A stretch of DNA of 64,000 nucleotides from Longimicrobiales bacterium (GTDB taxonomy: Bacteria; Gemmatimonadota; Gemmatimonadetes; Longimicrobiales; Gaopeijiaceae): contig JAWLHJ010000001.1 of NCBI GenBank assembly GCA_041690395.1, positions 384,001-448,000 of the forward strand. Reading direction: 5' to 3'. Under the pieces are notes generated by a model. It was not told the origin of the DNA, made no database searches, and saw nothing but the letters and a program-made list of their open reading frames with translations. Both the position numbers and the translations under genes were made by a program. The first letter of the stretch is position 1; the number at the start of each line of letters is the position of its first letter. Below are positions 55,555-64,000 of the stretch, piece by piece.

Positions 55555-56711
55555 TGCGAACTCAGGATACGACTCGCTCTTCGAAGGCCGCTCGGCAACG
55601 GGTTCGTTTTCTGACGATCGACGGCCTGCGGGGTGTAGCCGCGTTCGCTGTCGTCCTGTTCCACCTCGATTTTGCAACGTCGCTGACGTTCGAGAACTGG
55701 GTGCCGCCGGTCGTGTCGTGGGTCTTCCAGCAGGGCTTTCTCGGGGTGGACGTATTCTTCGTCCTGAGTGGATTCGTCATCCCTTACAGCGTGAGGAATT
55801 CTCACCTGTCGCTGGCATTCTTGGGTCGGTTTGCAGTGCGCCGCTCCATTCGCCTGGATCCACCCTACTGGGTGGCCATGGCCCTGGAGATTCTACTGGT
55901 CTATTTGGGCCTTCGGCTGGGGCTCGCGGTGGCGGAGCTCCCTTCGTGGCCGCAGGTTGCGTCTCATTTCTTCTATGCGCAGAACATCCTGGGTTATGGG
56001 GACATCGTCCCCATCTTCTGGACCTTGTGCTACGAGATCCAGTTCTATCTAGGGCTCGTCCTCCTCTTCGTCATCGGCCATGAAGCCCGCAGAGCTCTCG
56101 GCCCGCGAGCCACTCGTTGGCTCGCAGTTCTTGTATTCAGTCTGCTCTTCGTGATTTCGCTGTTCGGGAGATACCACGTCTTCGGGCTGACCATCCATCC
56201 GGGGTTCGCGCTTATCCGGTGGTTCCAGTTCTTCATGGGCACGTGCGTCTTCTGGGTGGTTTCGGGGAAGACTTCCTGGAGGCCGCTCGTGTTGGCGTGG
56301 GCGCTACTCCTCCTGGTGATCGTCATACAGGGACAACCCTTTCTCCAGACCATCCCGATATGGACCTCGGCTCTCCTGTGGTGGTCCTATGAGCGAGACA
56401 AGATGGCTTCCCTACTATCGAACAGGGTGGTGCAGTTCCTCGGCGTGACTTCATACAGTCTGTACCTCTTCCACGCGATCGTGGGATGGCGTTGGATCAG
56501 GCTCGTTGGGCGGTTTGCTGGTGAAGGCGCCCCGTTTCCCCTGGTGCTGGCGGTATTCGTGAGCGGTTGCGGGGTCGCGATCGTGGCGTCGTGGGTGCTT
56601 TGGAAGTACCTGGAGGTCCCCTCGATGCGCTGGAGCAAGCGGGTCGCGCTACCGGAGCGTCCTGCGCCCACAGGATTTACCGAGACTGTAGCGAACCCGG
56701 TGTCGTCGTGA
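55554..56711 (+). CDS. Acyltransferase family 3 (OafA-like)
   Basis: IDGLRGVAA...FH, GVDVFFVLSGF, RRSIRL, FWTLCYEIQFY, SYSLYLFH. Confidence 0.9.
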   Translation: MRTQDTTRSSKAARQRVRFLTIDGLRGVAAFAVVLFHLDFATSLTFENWVPPVVSWVFQQGFLGVDVFFVLSGFVIPYSVRNSHLSLAFLGRFAVRRSIRLDPPYWVAMALEILLVYLGLRLGLAVAELPSWPQVASHFFYAQNILGYGDIVPIFWTLCYEIQFYLGLVLLFVIGHEARRALGPRATRWLAVLVFSLLFVISLFGRYHVFGLTIHPGFALIRWFQFFMGTCVFWVVSGKTSWRPLVLAWALLLLVIVIQGQPFLQTIPIWTSALLWWSYERDKMASLLSNRVVQFLGVTSYSLYLFHAIVGWRWIRLVGRFAGEGAPFPLVLAVFVSGCGVAIVASWVLWKYLEVPSMRWSKRVALPERPAPTGFTETVANPVSS

Positions 56712-57700
56712 CTCCGGGAACGACGTCGTTTGAGGGCGAAGCGGCGGATCTGAGCTTCGTCATTCCCGCTTACAACGAAGCCAACAACATCGGTAGGTGT
56801 GTTCATTCCATAAACGAGCACGTTCCTCACCGATTGGTCCACGAGATCATCGTGGTAGACCATCGCTCGACGGACGACACGTCCTCCGTGGCCCGGGCTG
56901 CCGGAGCCCGGGTCATCCATTGCGACGCATCGACCATCGCCGGTGTGCGAAACCGCGGTGTCAGTCAGGCAAGAGGAACATTCCTGGTCTTCCTGGATGC
57001 GGATTGCGCCCTATCCCCTGCGTGGGGAATCCACATCGAGCCCATCCTGGAGGCTCTGCAGAGGGCGCCCAAGGACTGCGCCGGGTCGCAGGTGTCGCCG
57101 CCGCCCGCCAGCGGCTCTGTTCTCTCCGAGCACTGGTTCGTGCCCTTCACCGAGCGAGCAACCCATCTGGGCTCCGCGCATTTCATATGTCGCCGGGAGA
57201 CTTTTCTGGCCCTTGGCGGCTTCAACGAGCGACTCGAGACGGGCGAGGACTACGACCTTGGGCAACGATTTGTCCGGGCTGGGGGACGGGTTCTGATTGA
57301 GCCCAGGCTTGAGGTATTCCACTACGACTTCCCGTCGACCCTCGGCGAGTTCGTCCGACGCGAACGATGGCACGGTCGTGGCGACGCGATGTCGCCAGGC
57401 TCCGTCCTGCGCTCGAAGGTGGCCCTTGCGAGCCTCATCTTCGTGGCGCTCATCGTCGGGTCGGTCGCCGCGGCAGCTCTGGGGCGCCTGGTGTTGGGCG
57501 CCGCCTTGGCTGCCAGCGTCCTGGCGCTACTGGTCGCGTCCAGCTTCACACGGCTCCGTGGTGTTCCGTGGCGAACGCGACTCTACAGCTTCGGGTTGTT
57601 TGCGGCTTATTACTCGGGTCGCTTCCTGGCCCTCTGGGACGGCGTCAGAGGCCTCTTTCGGTCCAAGCGGGTCAGAGAAGCGCCCGCACAATCTCCATGA
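56708..57700 (+). CDS. GT2 glycosyltransferase
   Basis: SFVIPAYNE, VVDHRSTDDT, RNRG, FLDAD, GGFNE, GEDYD. GTGA overlap with the upstream gene. Confidence 0.88.
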   Translation: MTPGTTSFEGEAADLSFVIPAYNEANNIGRCVHSINEHVPHRLVHEIIVVDHRSTDDTSSVARAAGARVIHCDASTIAGVRNRGVSQARGTFLVFLDADCALSPAWGIHIEPILEALQRAPKDCAGSQVSPPPASGSVLSEHWFVPFTERATHLGSAHFICRRETFLALGGFNERLETGEDYDLGQRFVRAGGRVLIEPRLEVFHYDFPSTLGEFVRRERWHGRGDAMSPGSVLRSKVALASLIFVALIVGSVAAAALGRLVLGAALAASVLALLVASSFTRLRGVPWRTRLYSFGLFAAYYSGRFLALWDGVRGLFRSKRVREAPAQSP

Positions 57701-58970
57701 ACTGGCGACCTGTGAACTCTTCGGAGAAGTGCTCCGGCGGCGGCGGTAACACGGGAGAGCGGCTCACCCGCTCCACGAGGCCCCCCAGTGCGTTGGCAAT
57801 CCCTACCGGCCCGAGGTCCGTGACAACGACGCCCAGGTCATGCTCGCGGACCAAGCGGTCACCGGCGACCGGAGAGATGCTCAGAATGTTTCGCCGTCGC
57901 TCAAGATACTCGAAAAATTTTGCCGGGATCGCGTTTTCCACGCCGGGCTCGCCCGCGGGCTGAAGGAGGAGGAGCGCGTGCGCGTCTCGCTGGAGCTCGA
58001 CGACCTCCACCCGCTCCATCCAGCCGTGTAGGGTCACTGCTTCCGTCAGGCCCAAGGCACGGACGGCTTCCACGACGTTGGCGGGCGCATGACCTACCAG
58101 GATCAGCTCCACGGCCGTGTCGGCCCTGACGTTGTGGTAGCGGAGGCCTTCCAAGAACGCCAGGACGAGCTCGTCCCTTCCATAGGCGAGCGATCCGGCG
58201 TAGACGACTCTCAGCGGTTCCTCGGGTCCTTTTGGAGCCGTCCCGTCGTCCACCTCCTCGAAGGCGTTTGGGACGGTATGGACAGCCTGATCATCCCTGA
58301 ATCGATGAACGCTCTCGACATAGCTCGTGGCCTCCGCGGAGGTGTGGATGATCGCGTGAGAAGACTCCAAGACCTCCCGGACCTCGAGATTGTGCTCTCG
58401 TATCCGGCGCGCTTCCGGGCGCAGTGCGCCAAAGGAACCGGAGGCATCTGGCAGGGGCAGCCAGATGTCTCGAAAGTCGGCGACAACGGGAATTCCTTGC
58501 GCGACGGTCTCCCGCAATGCCGGAACGACGGCCGGAAGCGGTGGGATGCCGAGGACGACCGCCGCATAGCCTCGGGCCCGTAGGAGTTCGCTGACCCGTA
58601 CCGCGGCTCGCTCGCCCCATCTACCCGTCCAGTCTCGTGTGCCAGTGAGCCACTCTGCGTACGCCCGGGCCTTCCACCAGACTCTTCCCACCGTCGCGTG
58701 GGGGACACGCCCCGGATCGCGGCCAAATACGAACGGCGTGGATATCCGTGTGACCTTCGCTTCGTCATGAACCAGGCTCAGCTGACTGGGGTCAGGCTGA
58801 CTCGTCGAAGGTCTCCCCCATCCGTCGAAGTCCTCGGGCAGCGGCGCGCCACACACGACATCCACGCTCCACCCCTGCTCACACAGGTACCGTGCAAGGC
58901 GCCCGGGCCGTCGGGCGCCGACCTCCCGAGATGGAGGAAAATGATACGCGACGATGAGAATCCGTGGCAT
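57672..58970 (-). CDS. GT4-like glycosyltransferase
   Basis: ILIVAYHFPP...GARR, ADFRDIW, VPNAF, VVYAGSL, PAKFFEY. Confidence 0.85.
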   Translation of the reverse strand: MPRILIVAYHFPPSREVGARRPGRLARYLCEQGWSVDVVCGAPLPEDFDGWGRPSTSQPDPSQLSLVHDEAKVTRISTPFVFGRDPGRVPHATVGRVWWKARAYAEWLTGTRDWTGRWGERAAVRVSELLRARGYAAVVLGIPPLPAVVPALRETVAQGIPVVADFRDIWLPLPDASGSFGALRPEARRIREHNLEVREVLESSHAIIHTSAEATSYVESVHRFRDDQAVHTVPNAFEEVDDGTAPKGPEEPLRVVYAGSLAYGRDELVLAFLEGLRYHNVRADTAVELILVGHAPANVVEAVRALGLTEAVTLHGWMERVEVVELQRDAHALLLLQPAGEPGVENAIPAKFFEYLERRRNILSISPVAGDRLVREHDLGVVVTDLGPVGIANALGGLVERVSRSPVLPPPPEHFSEEFTGRQFMEIVRALL

Positions 58971-59216
58971 CAGGATGTCGGGAGTGGGTAAGCGCTCGAG
59001 CGTGGAATCATCACGTTATCCTATACGCTGCGGAACGGACATGCCTGAACGGTCACGAGTCGCGCAGTACCTGAGTGCCGATTATCCTCGTCATGGAGCG
59101 CAGGAAGCCGTAGATTCCGTTCTTCCTCGAACCCTTGTCCTCTTGGGTCCCAATCAAGACGGAGTGGCAGCCAGCGTTCCGGGCGCCATCGGCCGAGAGC
59201 GACCGTCGAAGACCGC

Positions 59217-59232
59217 TAGCACGGAACTTGCG
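59217..59232 (+). promoter_or_regulatory. Degenerate sigma54-like box before the ABC transporter
   Basis: TAGCACGGAACTTGCG matches the consensus except for AG in place of the invariant GG. Confidence 0.25.
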
Positions 59233-59270
59233 AGCGGATTGCCTTCGATCCCCCTCAATAGCTTTGAGCC

Positions 59271-61025
59271 GTGACCGAGCCAACTCCACCGAAGGATCGA
59301 AGTACGCGAGCCCTGCTCCTGTACTTCTATCGGCTCCATCCAGGGCGTTCCGCTCTGATGGTGGTTCTACTGGTGTTCTCCGGCCTTGCCGAGGGGCTCG
59401 GATTCTTCGCCCTCGTCCCGGTGCTCCAACTCTCCTCGCGTTCCGGGACGGAGGACTCGGTGTTGATGAGCGTTCTCTCTTCGGCGCTCGAGTTCCTCCA
59501 CATCCCCTTTACGCTTGGGGCGATGCTGCTCCTGGTCGTCGGAATGATGGCGCTCAAGGCCGTCCTCTTCTGGATGGCGATGAGACAGTTGGGCTACACG
59601 GTCGCCGATCTGACCACGGAGCTGAGGCTCCGGCTCATCCGTGCCTTGCTCCAGGCTTCCTGGCCGCACTTCGTGAGTCGCCCGGCCGGGCAGTACGCCA
59701 ACGCCATCAGCTTCGAGGCGCACCGAGCGGTTTCGGTGTTCCGTCAGGGCTGTGCCATTCTCGCTGCCGGGGTGCGGGTCCTCGCATATGGCCTACTGGC
59801 CTTTCTCCTTTCCTGGCAGGTAGCGGCAGCGGCGATCGTGGTGGCCGGATTCACGCTCGTCGTGCTCAAGGGCTTCTTCCGGATTGCTCGCCAAGCCGGC
59901 GAAGCTCAGACGGCGATGATGAGCGCGCTGGTGGCGCGACTCGCGGAGGCGCTTCCGGGCATCAAGCCCATCAAGGCCATGGCCAGGGAGCGCTTCCTGC
60001 TCCCTATACTCGAGAGCGAGGCGGAGGAGATCAACGTCGCGGTCCGGAATCAGGTCTCGGCCTCCGAAAGCATGCGCTCCTTCCACGAGCCCATCGTGAT
60101 CACGTTCCTCGCGATGGGCCTCTACGGTGCCGTCGAGCTCGCCGAGCTACCGTTCCCGAACGTGATCGTGATGGCGGCGATTTTCTATCGTCTCGTCACT
60201 ACCATCAACCAGCTGCAGCTGAGCTACCAGGACGTGGCGGTCGGCGAGAGCGCCTTCTGGTCCATCCGCGATCAGATCGATGCCGCCGAGGCCATGCGAG
60301 AGAATGCCGATGTCGGTGATGACCCCCCGCGGCTGAGCGAAAGCATTCGGTTCGATAGCGTCTGGTTCGGCTACGAGGATCAGCCCGTTCTCACCGACGT
60401 ATCTTTCGAGATTCCGGCAGGCAGCTTCTTCACCATCGTCGGCCCGTCGGGGGCGGGGAAGACGACGCTGCTGGACCTCCTCGTCGGGCTCAGGACCCCC
60501 TCGGAAGGTGAGGTGCTCCTGGATGGCGTACCGCTGTCGGCATTGAAGAAGTCCAAGTGGCGAAACCAGATCGGGTATGTACCTCAGGAGACCGTGCTCT
60601 TCCGAGGTACGGTTCTGGACAACGTCCGTCTGGGAGACACCGCGATCCCGGAAGATCGGGTGATCGAGGCGCTCCAGAAGGCCGGGGCCTGGGACTTCGT
60701 CACCTCGCACCCCGATGGGATCCATCGCGTGATCGGGGAGGCGGGGGGCAAGCTCTCCGGGGGTCAACGCCAGCGGATTGCCATCGCCCGCGCACTGGTG
60801 GGGGAGCCCCGGCTGCTCATCTTCGATGAGGCGACCACGGCACTGGACCCCGTCACCGAGCGAGAGGTGTGTGATAGCCTCGTAAGGCTTAAGGGCGACA
60901 CGACAATCCTGGCGGTGTCCCACCAGCAGGCGCTTCGGGACGTTGCGGATCGGATCTTGGAGCTTCGATCAGGGACGCTCGGACGCCCCAGGGAAGAGCC
61001 AAGTGGCCTAGCGATCCGCGGCTAG
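59271..61025 (+). CDS. ABC transporter permease/ATPase (MsbA/PglK-like, candidate lipid-linked glycan flippase)
   Basis: N-terminal TMD, GPSGAGKT, YVPQE, LSGGQRQR, IFDEATTALD, VSH. Confidence 0.88.
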   Translation: MTEPTPPKDRSTRALLLYFYRLHPGRSALMVVLLVFSGLAEGLGFFALVPVLQLSSRSGTEDSVLMSVLSSALEFLHIPFTLGAMLLLVVGMMALKAVLFWMAMRQLGYTVADLTTELRLRLIRALLQASWPHFVSRPAGQYANAISFEAHRAVSVFRQGCAILAAGVRVLAYGLLAFLLSWQVAAAAIVVAGFTLVVLKGFFRIARQAGEAQTAMMSALVARLAEALPGIKPIKAMARERFLLPILESEAEEINVAVRNQVSASESMRSFHEPIVITFLAMGLYGAVELAELPFPNVIVMAAIFYRLVTTINQLQLSYQDVAVGESAFWSIRDQIDAAEAMRENADVGDDPPRLSESIRFDSVWFGYEDQPVLTDVSFEIPAGSFFTIVGPSGAGKTTLLDLLVGLRTPSEGEVLLDGVPLSALKKSKWRNQIGYVPQETVLFRGTVLDNVRLGDTAIPEDRVIEALQKAGAWDFVTSHPDGIHRVIGEAGGKLSGGQRQRIAIARALVGEPRLLIFDEATTALDPVTEREVCDSLVRLKGDTTILAVSHQQALRDVADRILELRSGTLGRPREEPSGLAIRG

Positions 61026-61096
61026 CTCGCTCTTCGAACCGCTTGCGTGTGCTTAAGTACATACCCGAGAAGCCTGCAAAGAGAAGCGCGCTAACG

Positions 61097-63196
61097 ATGA
61101 AGCGACTCCTTAGAGAAGCCCGCGACGGAGCCCTCTGGCGTCCGACACACCTGTCGGCATTCCTCCAGGCCCACGTAGGGCAGGGACGTAACCAGTTTCA
61201 AGGCCTGAGCGACGACGACCACCTGAAAGCCGCGGCCATGTGGCTCGCTCGAGCGCAAGACGCCACCAAGGACGGGGGCGTATCAGGCCGATATCGGTTC
61301 TCCGGCGGCTGGTCGTCCTCCTATCCCGAGACGACGGGATACATAATTCCGACGTTCATTGCTCTCGACCGTGAATTGCCCGGCGAGGGCTTCATGGCGC
61401 GGGCGGAGCATGCGGTGGATTTCTTACTAGGGATACAGCTGGAATCAGGAGCATTCCCGGGATTGGAAATCGCGGAGAATCGGACTGAACCTTCGACATT
61501 CAACTCCGCCCAGATCCTCACGGGATTGACGGCCTGGCACAAGGAGACAGGCGACGACCGGACCCTGACGTCGGCGTTTCGGGTGGCGGAATGGCTTCGT
61601 GAGACTCAGGAATCCGATGGGGTCTGGCGGAAGCACCTATATGGTACCGCGTCTCCGTATACTTACATGGCGCATGCGTCTTGTTGGCTTGCAGAGTTCG
61701 GAGTCCATGTAGGGGAGCCTCGATTCGTCGATGCGGGCCGCGTGCACCTCCATTGGGTGCTGGAGCAGGTCCGTGAAGAGACCGGGTGGATCGACTATTG
61801 TGGATTCGGTGGTCCCGAACATGCGTCCGCGTCCGCACATACTCACACCATCGCTTACACGATCTGGGGTGTTCTGCTTCTCTCTCAGATATGCGAGAGT
61901 GATCGAGGGCTGGCCGTCGCTCGACGTGCCGCACGGGCTGTGGCGCGACGGCTTGAGCTCTCCAAATGGCTGCCTGGACGGCTCGACTCTCATTGGCGTG
62001 CGGTGTCGGACTCGGCCTGCCTGACTGGTAACGCCCAGATGGCGCTCATCTGGTTTGAACTCCACCGCATGCGGCCGGAGTTACCTCTCGTCAATGCGGC
62101 TCTGAAGGCGCTGGACTTGGTGAAGCGCGGTCAGACGATCGATTCGTCGAATCCCGGGATTCGTGGTGGAGTGCCAGGGTCGGTCCCCCTGAATGGGGAG
62201 TACATTCGGTGGGCAGTGCCCAATTGGGCCGCCAAGTTCTTCATTGATGCGCTCATCGAGAAGCGCCACACTCTGGCCGCTCTTCAGATCCCGGTGGGGC
62301 GGGATGCTTCGCTGGGTGCGGTCATGGGCTCAGTACCAACGACTCTGCCAGAGTCCGTGGAATCCGCTCAACCGCCGCCTGTCAGGGTCGGGCTGCTTGC
62401 CGACGAATGGTCGGATAAAGTGGAGAAGTTCGCCGAATCGTGGCAGAGTTGGGACTTCTGCCCAGACGTGGTCTTCATTCGACCGATACAGGATCCACCG
62501 GCCTGGGCGCGTGCGATCGACTACGGACGCGAGCACGGCGTGGCACGACTCTTCGGGAGGGTACTCAGCAGACGTGCTGATTCGCCGAGCCCGATCGGCG
62601 GGACCACGTCAACGGAGGGGGGAGCGGCGCCGACCTTCTCTAGCGCCTCGGAGTACTGCCGAGCGAGGGGGCTCCGGATGATCGAACTAGGGTCATGGAC
62701 GGAACCTGAGGACCTGGCCAAAGTCCGTTCAGAGTCGCTCGACATCCTCGTGCACGCTGGTGCTGGAATCATGCGGCAGCCCCTCATCGATATCCCGCGG
62801 CTGGGTATCCTGAATGCCCATATGGGCGTTCTCCCTCGCATGCGTGGCATGAACGCTACGGAGTGGAGCGTAGCACTTGGAGAGCCCACGGGTTGCACGG
62901 TACACTTGATCGATCCTGGCATCGACACCGGCTCGATCCTTCTCGTGCAGCCGGTTGATACTGAGAGCGCGTGTTCAGTCTCGGAACTCCGGAGCCAGGT
63001 GGACCACGCTCAGGTAGAGGCACTGGGATCAGTTCTGAGTTGGATCTGCCGCCAAGGAGACGTCCCGCCTCCGCGATCCCAGGCCAGATCCGAAGGCCAT
63101 CAGTACTTCTCGATGCATGGTGATCTCAAGGCCATTCTTGAGCAGGTGCTTCAACAAAGGGAGGGGAAGTCGGATGCGTCTTTGCAGAGTGGGTAG
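61097..63196 (+). CDS. Fusion of an (alpha/alpha) toroid (prenyltransferase/cyclase-like repeat) domain and a C-terminal formyltransferase domain
   Basis: N-terminal WLARAQD, SYPETTGYI, QLESG/QESDG repeats, THTIAYT, CLTGNAQ, NWAAKFF. C-terminal LNAHMGVLPRMRG, TVHLIDPGIDTG. Start 61097 or 61043. Confidence 0.75.
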   Translation: MKRLLREARDGALWRPTHLSAFLQAHVGQGRNQFQGLSDDDHLKAAAMWLARAQDATKDGGVSGRYRFSGGWSSSYPETTGYIIPTFIALDRELPGEGFMARAEHAVDFLLGIQLESGAFPGLEIAENRTEPSTFNSAQILTGLTAWHKETGDDRTLTSAFRVAEWLRETQESDGVWRKHLYGTASPYTYMAHASCWLAEFGVHVGEPRFVDAGRVHLHWVLEQVREETGWIDYCGFGGPEHASASAHTHTIAYTIWGVLLLSQICESDRGLAVARRAARAVARRLELSKWLPGRLDSHWRAVSDSACLTGNAQMALIWFELHRMRPELPLVNAALKALDLVKRGQTIDSSNPGIRGGVPGSVPLNGEYIRWAVPNWAAKFFIDALIEKRHTLAALQIPVGRDASLGAVMGSVPTTLPESVESAQPPPVRVGLLADEWSDKVEKFAESWQSWDFCPDVVFIRPIQDPPAWARAIDYGREHGVARLFGRVLSRRADSPSPIGGTTSTEGGAAPTFSSASEYCRARGLRMIELGSWTEPEDLAKVRSESLDILVHAGAGIMRQPLIDIPRLGILNAHMGVLPRMRGMNATEWSVALGEPTGCTVHLIDPGIDTGSILLVQPVDTESACSVSELRSQVDHAQVEALGSVLSWICRQGDVPPPRSQARSEGHQYFSMHGDLKAILEQVLQQREGKSDASLQSG

Positions 63197-63329
63197 ACCC
63201 AGGTTGCGCCGACGGGCTAGCGTGTGTGCGGAGGGAAGGCGGGCAGCAACTGGGTTCCGAGCGTTTGACGCAGATTGGACCTTGAAATCTGGTCGCTCTT
63301 GTTCCGCAGTCGCTGAATACTGACCAGAC

Positions 63330-64000
63330 ATGTCCTATTCCTTTTGCACGATCGTGACCCAGAGTCACATTCCCTGGGCGATGGCTCTCCATGAATCCCT
63401 GACCGCCTTCGATCCTGAGGTGGACTTCCACGTATTGGTTACCGATGCCCCAGAACCCGCGATACCAGACGGTGCTCAGGGTCACATCACCATGCACGAT
63501 CTGAGCGCGGTTGACGACGGGGGACTCGGGACCGCGATGCAGAAAGAGTATGGTGACGATCCTGACGCTCTCCGGTGGTCGCTCAAGCCGGTCTTCATGC
63601 AGAAGTTGATGGCAACTTCGGACCGCGTCCTCTACGGGGATTGTGACCTGTACTTCTTCGGCGACTATCGTTTTCTGGTCGATGAACTTGAGGTATCATC
63701 GGTTCTTCTGACTCCTCATTGGCGCTGTAGCCGCATCTCGGATGATGCTTACAACTTCAGGCTTCTCTTTACCGAGGGGCTGTACAATGCCGGCTTCGTG
63801 GGAGCTTCGCACTGGGGGCGAGACGCCCTGGATCATTGGGCGAAGAACTCACTCGCATCGTGTAAGGACGATCGAAGGAATGGAATCTATGACGATCAGA
63901 CGCACCTGAACCTGCTGCCCGTGATGTTCGACGGTGTCCATGTTGTGAAGCATCGGGGATGTAATGTTGCCAACTGGAATCAAGTCGAATGCCGAAGAGT
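63330..64000 (+). CDS. Glycosyltransferase (GT-A fold, GT8-like), truncated by the right edge
   Basis: Not in the ORF track. Manual translation is open to the window end: MSYSFCTIVTQSH...RWSLKP...LYGDCDLYFF...LLTPH...GLYNAGFVG...DDQTHLNLLP...HRGCNVANWN. Confidence 0.8.
   Translation, partial: MSYSFCTIVTQSHIPWAMALHESLTAFDPEVDFHVLVTDAPEPAIPDGAQGHITMHDLSAVDDGGLGTAMQKEYGDDPDALRWSLKPVFMQKLMATSDRVLYGDCDLYFFGDYRFLVDELEVSSVLLTPHWRCSRISDDAYNFRLLFTEGLYNAGFVGASHWGRDALDHWAKNSLASCKDDRRNGIYDDQTHLNLLPVMFDGVHVVKHRGCNVANWNQVECRR

Overview
High-GC Gram-negative bacterial DNA. Gene style suggests Gemmatimonadota, but this is only an inference. The window holds a PEP-CTERM/exosortase-associated cell-surface glycan locus: a PEP-CTERM protein, exosortase-EpsI, a FemAB-like protein, a polysaccharide deacetylase, WecB, four glycosyltransferases, an O-antigen-ligase-like protein, an ABC flippase, an MBOAT with three SGNH-type partners, an acyltransferase-3 and a formyltransferase fusion. 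A ~33 kb hybrid NRPS/PKS cluster (7.5-40.6 kb) lies within it. None of the five megasynthase proteins has a terminal TE or reductase. Instead, both converging sub-operons end in a pair of exosortase-associated-type alpha/beta hydrolases, one with a Cys nucleophile and one apparently dead. About nine intergenic sigma54 (-24/-12) boxes precede the PEP-CTERM, exosortase, glycan and NRPS transcription units alike. The MBOAT ends in the FIYFQF acyl-shuttle motif. The best hypothesis (inference) is an assembly line that builds peptide/polyketide acyl groups to decorate a surface glycan or PEP-CTERM glycoprotein, rather than a secreted metabolite. A 70-bp duplicated gene tail records insertion of an MBL-fold gene between one hydrolase pair. 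No rRNA, tRNA, CRISPR array or transposase was recognised. All family assignments come from motif recognition by eye, with no database searches.
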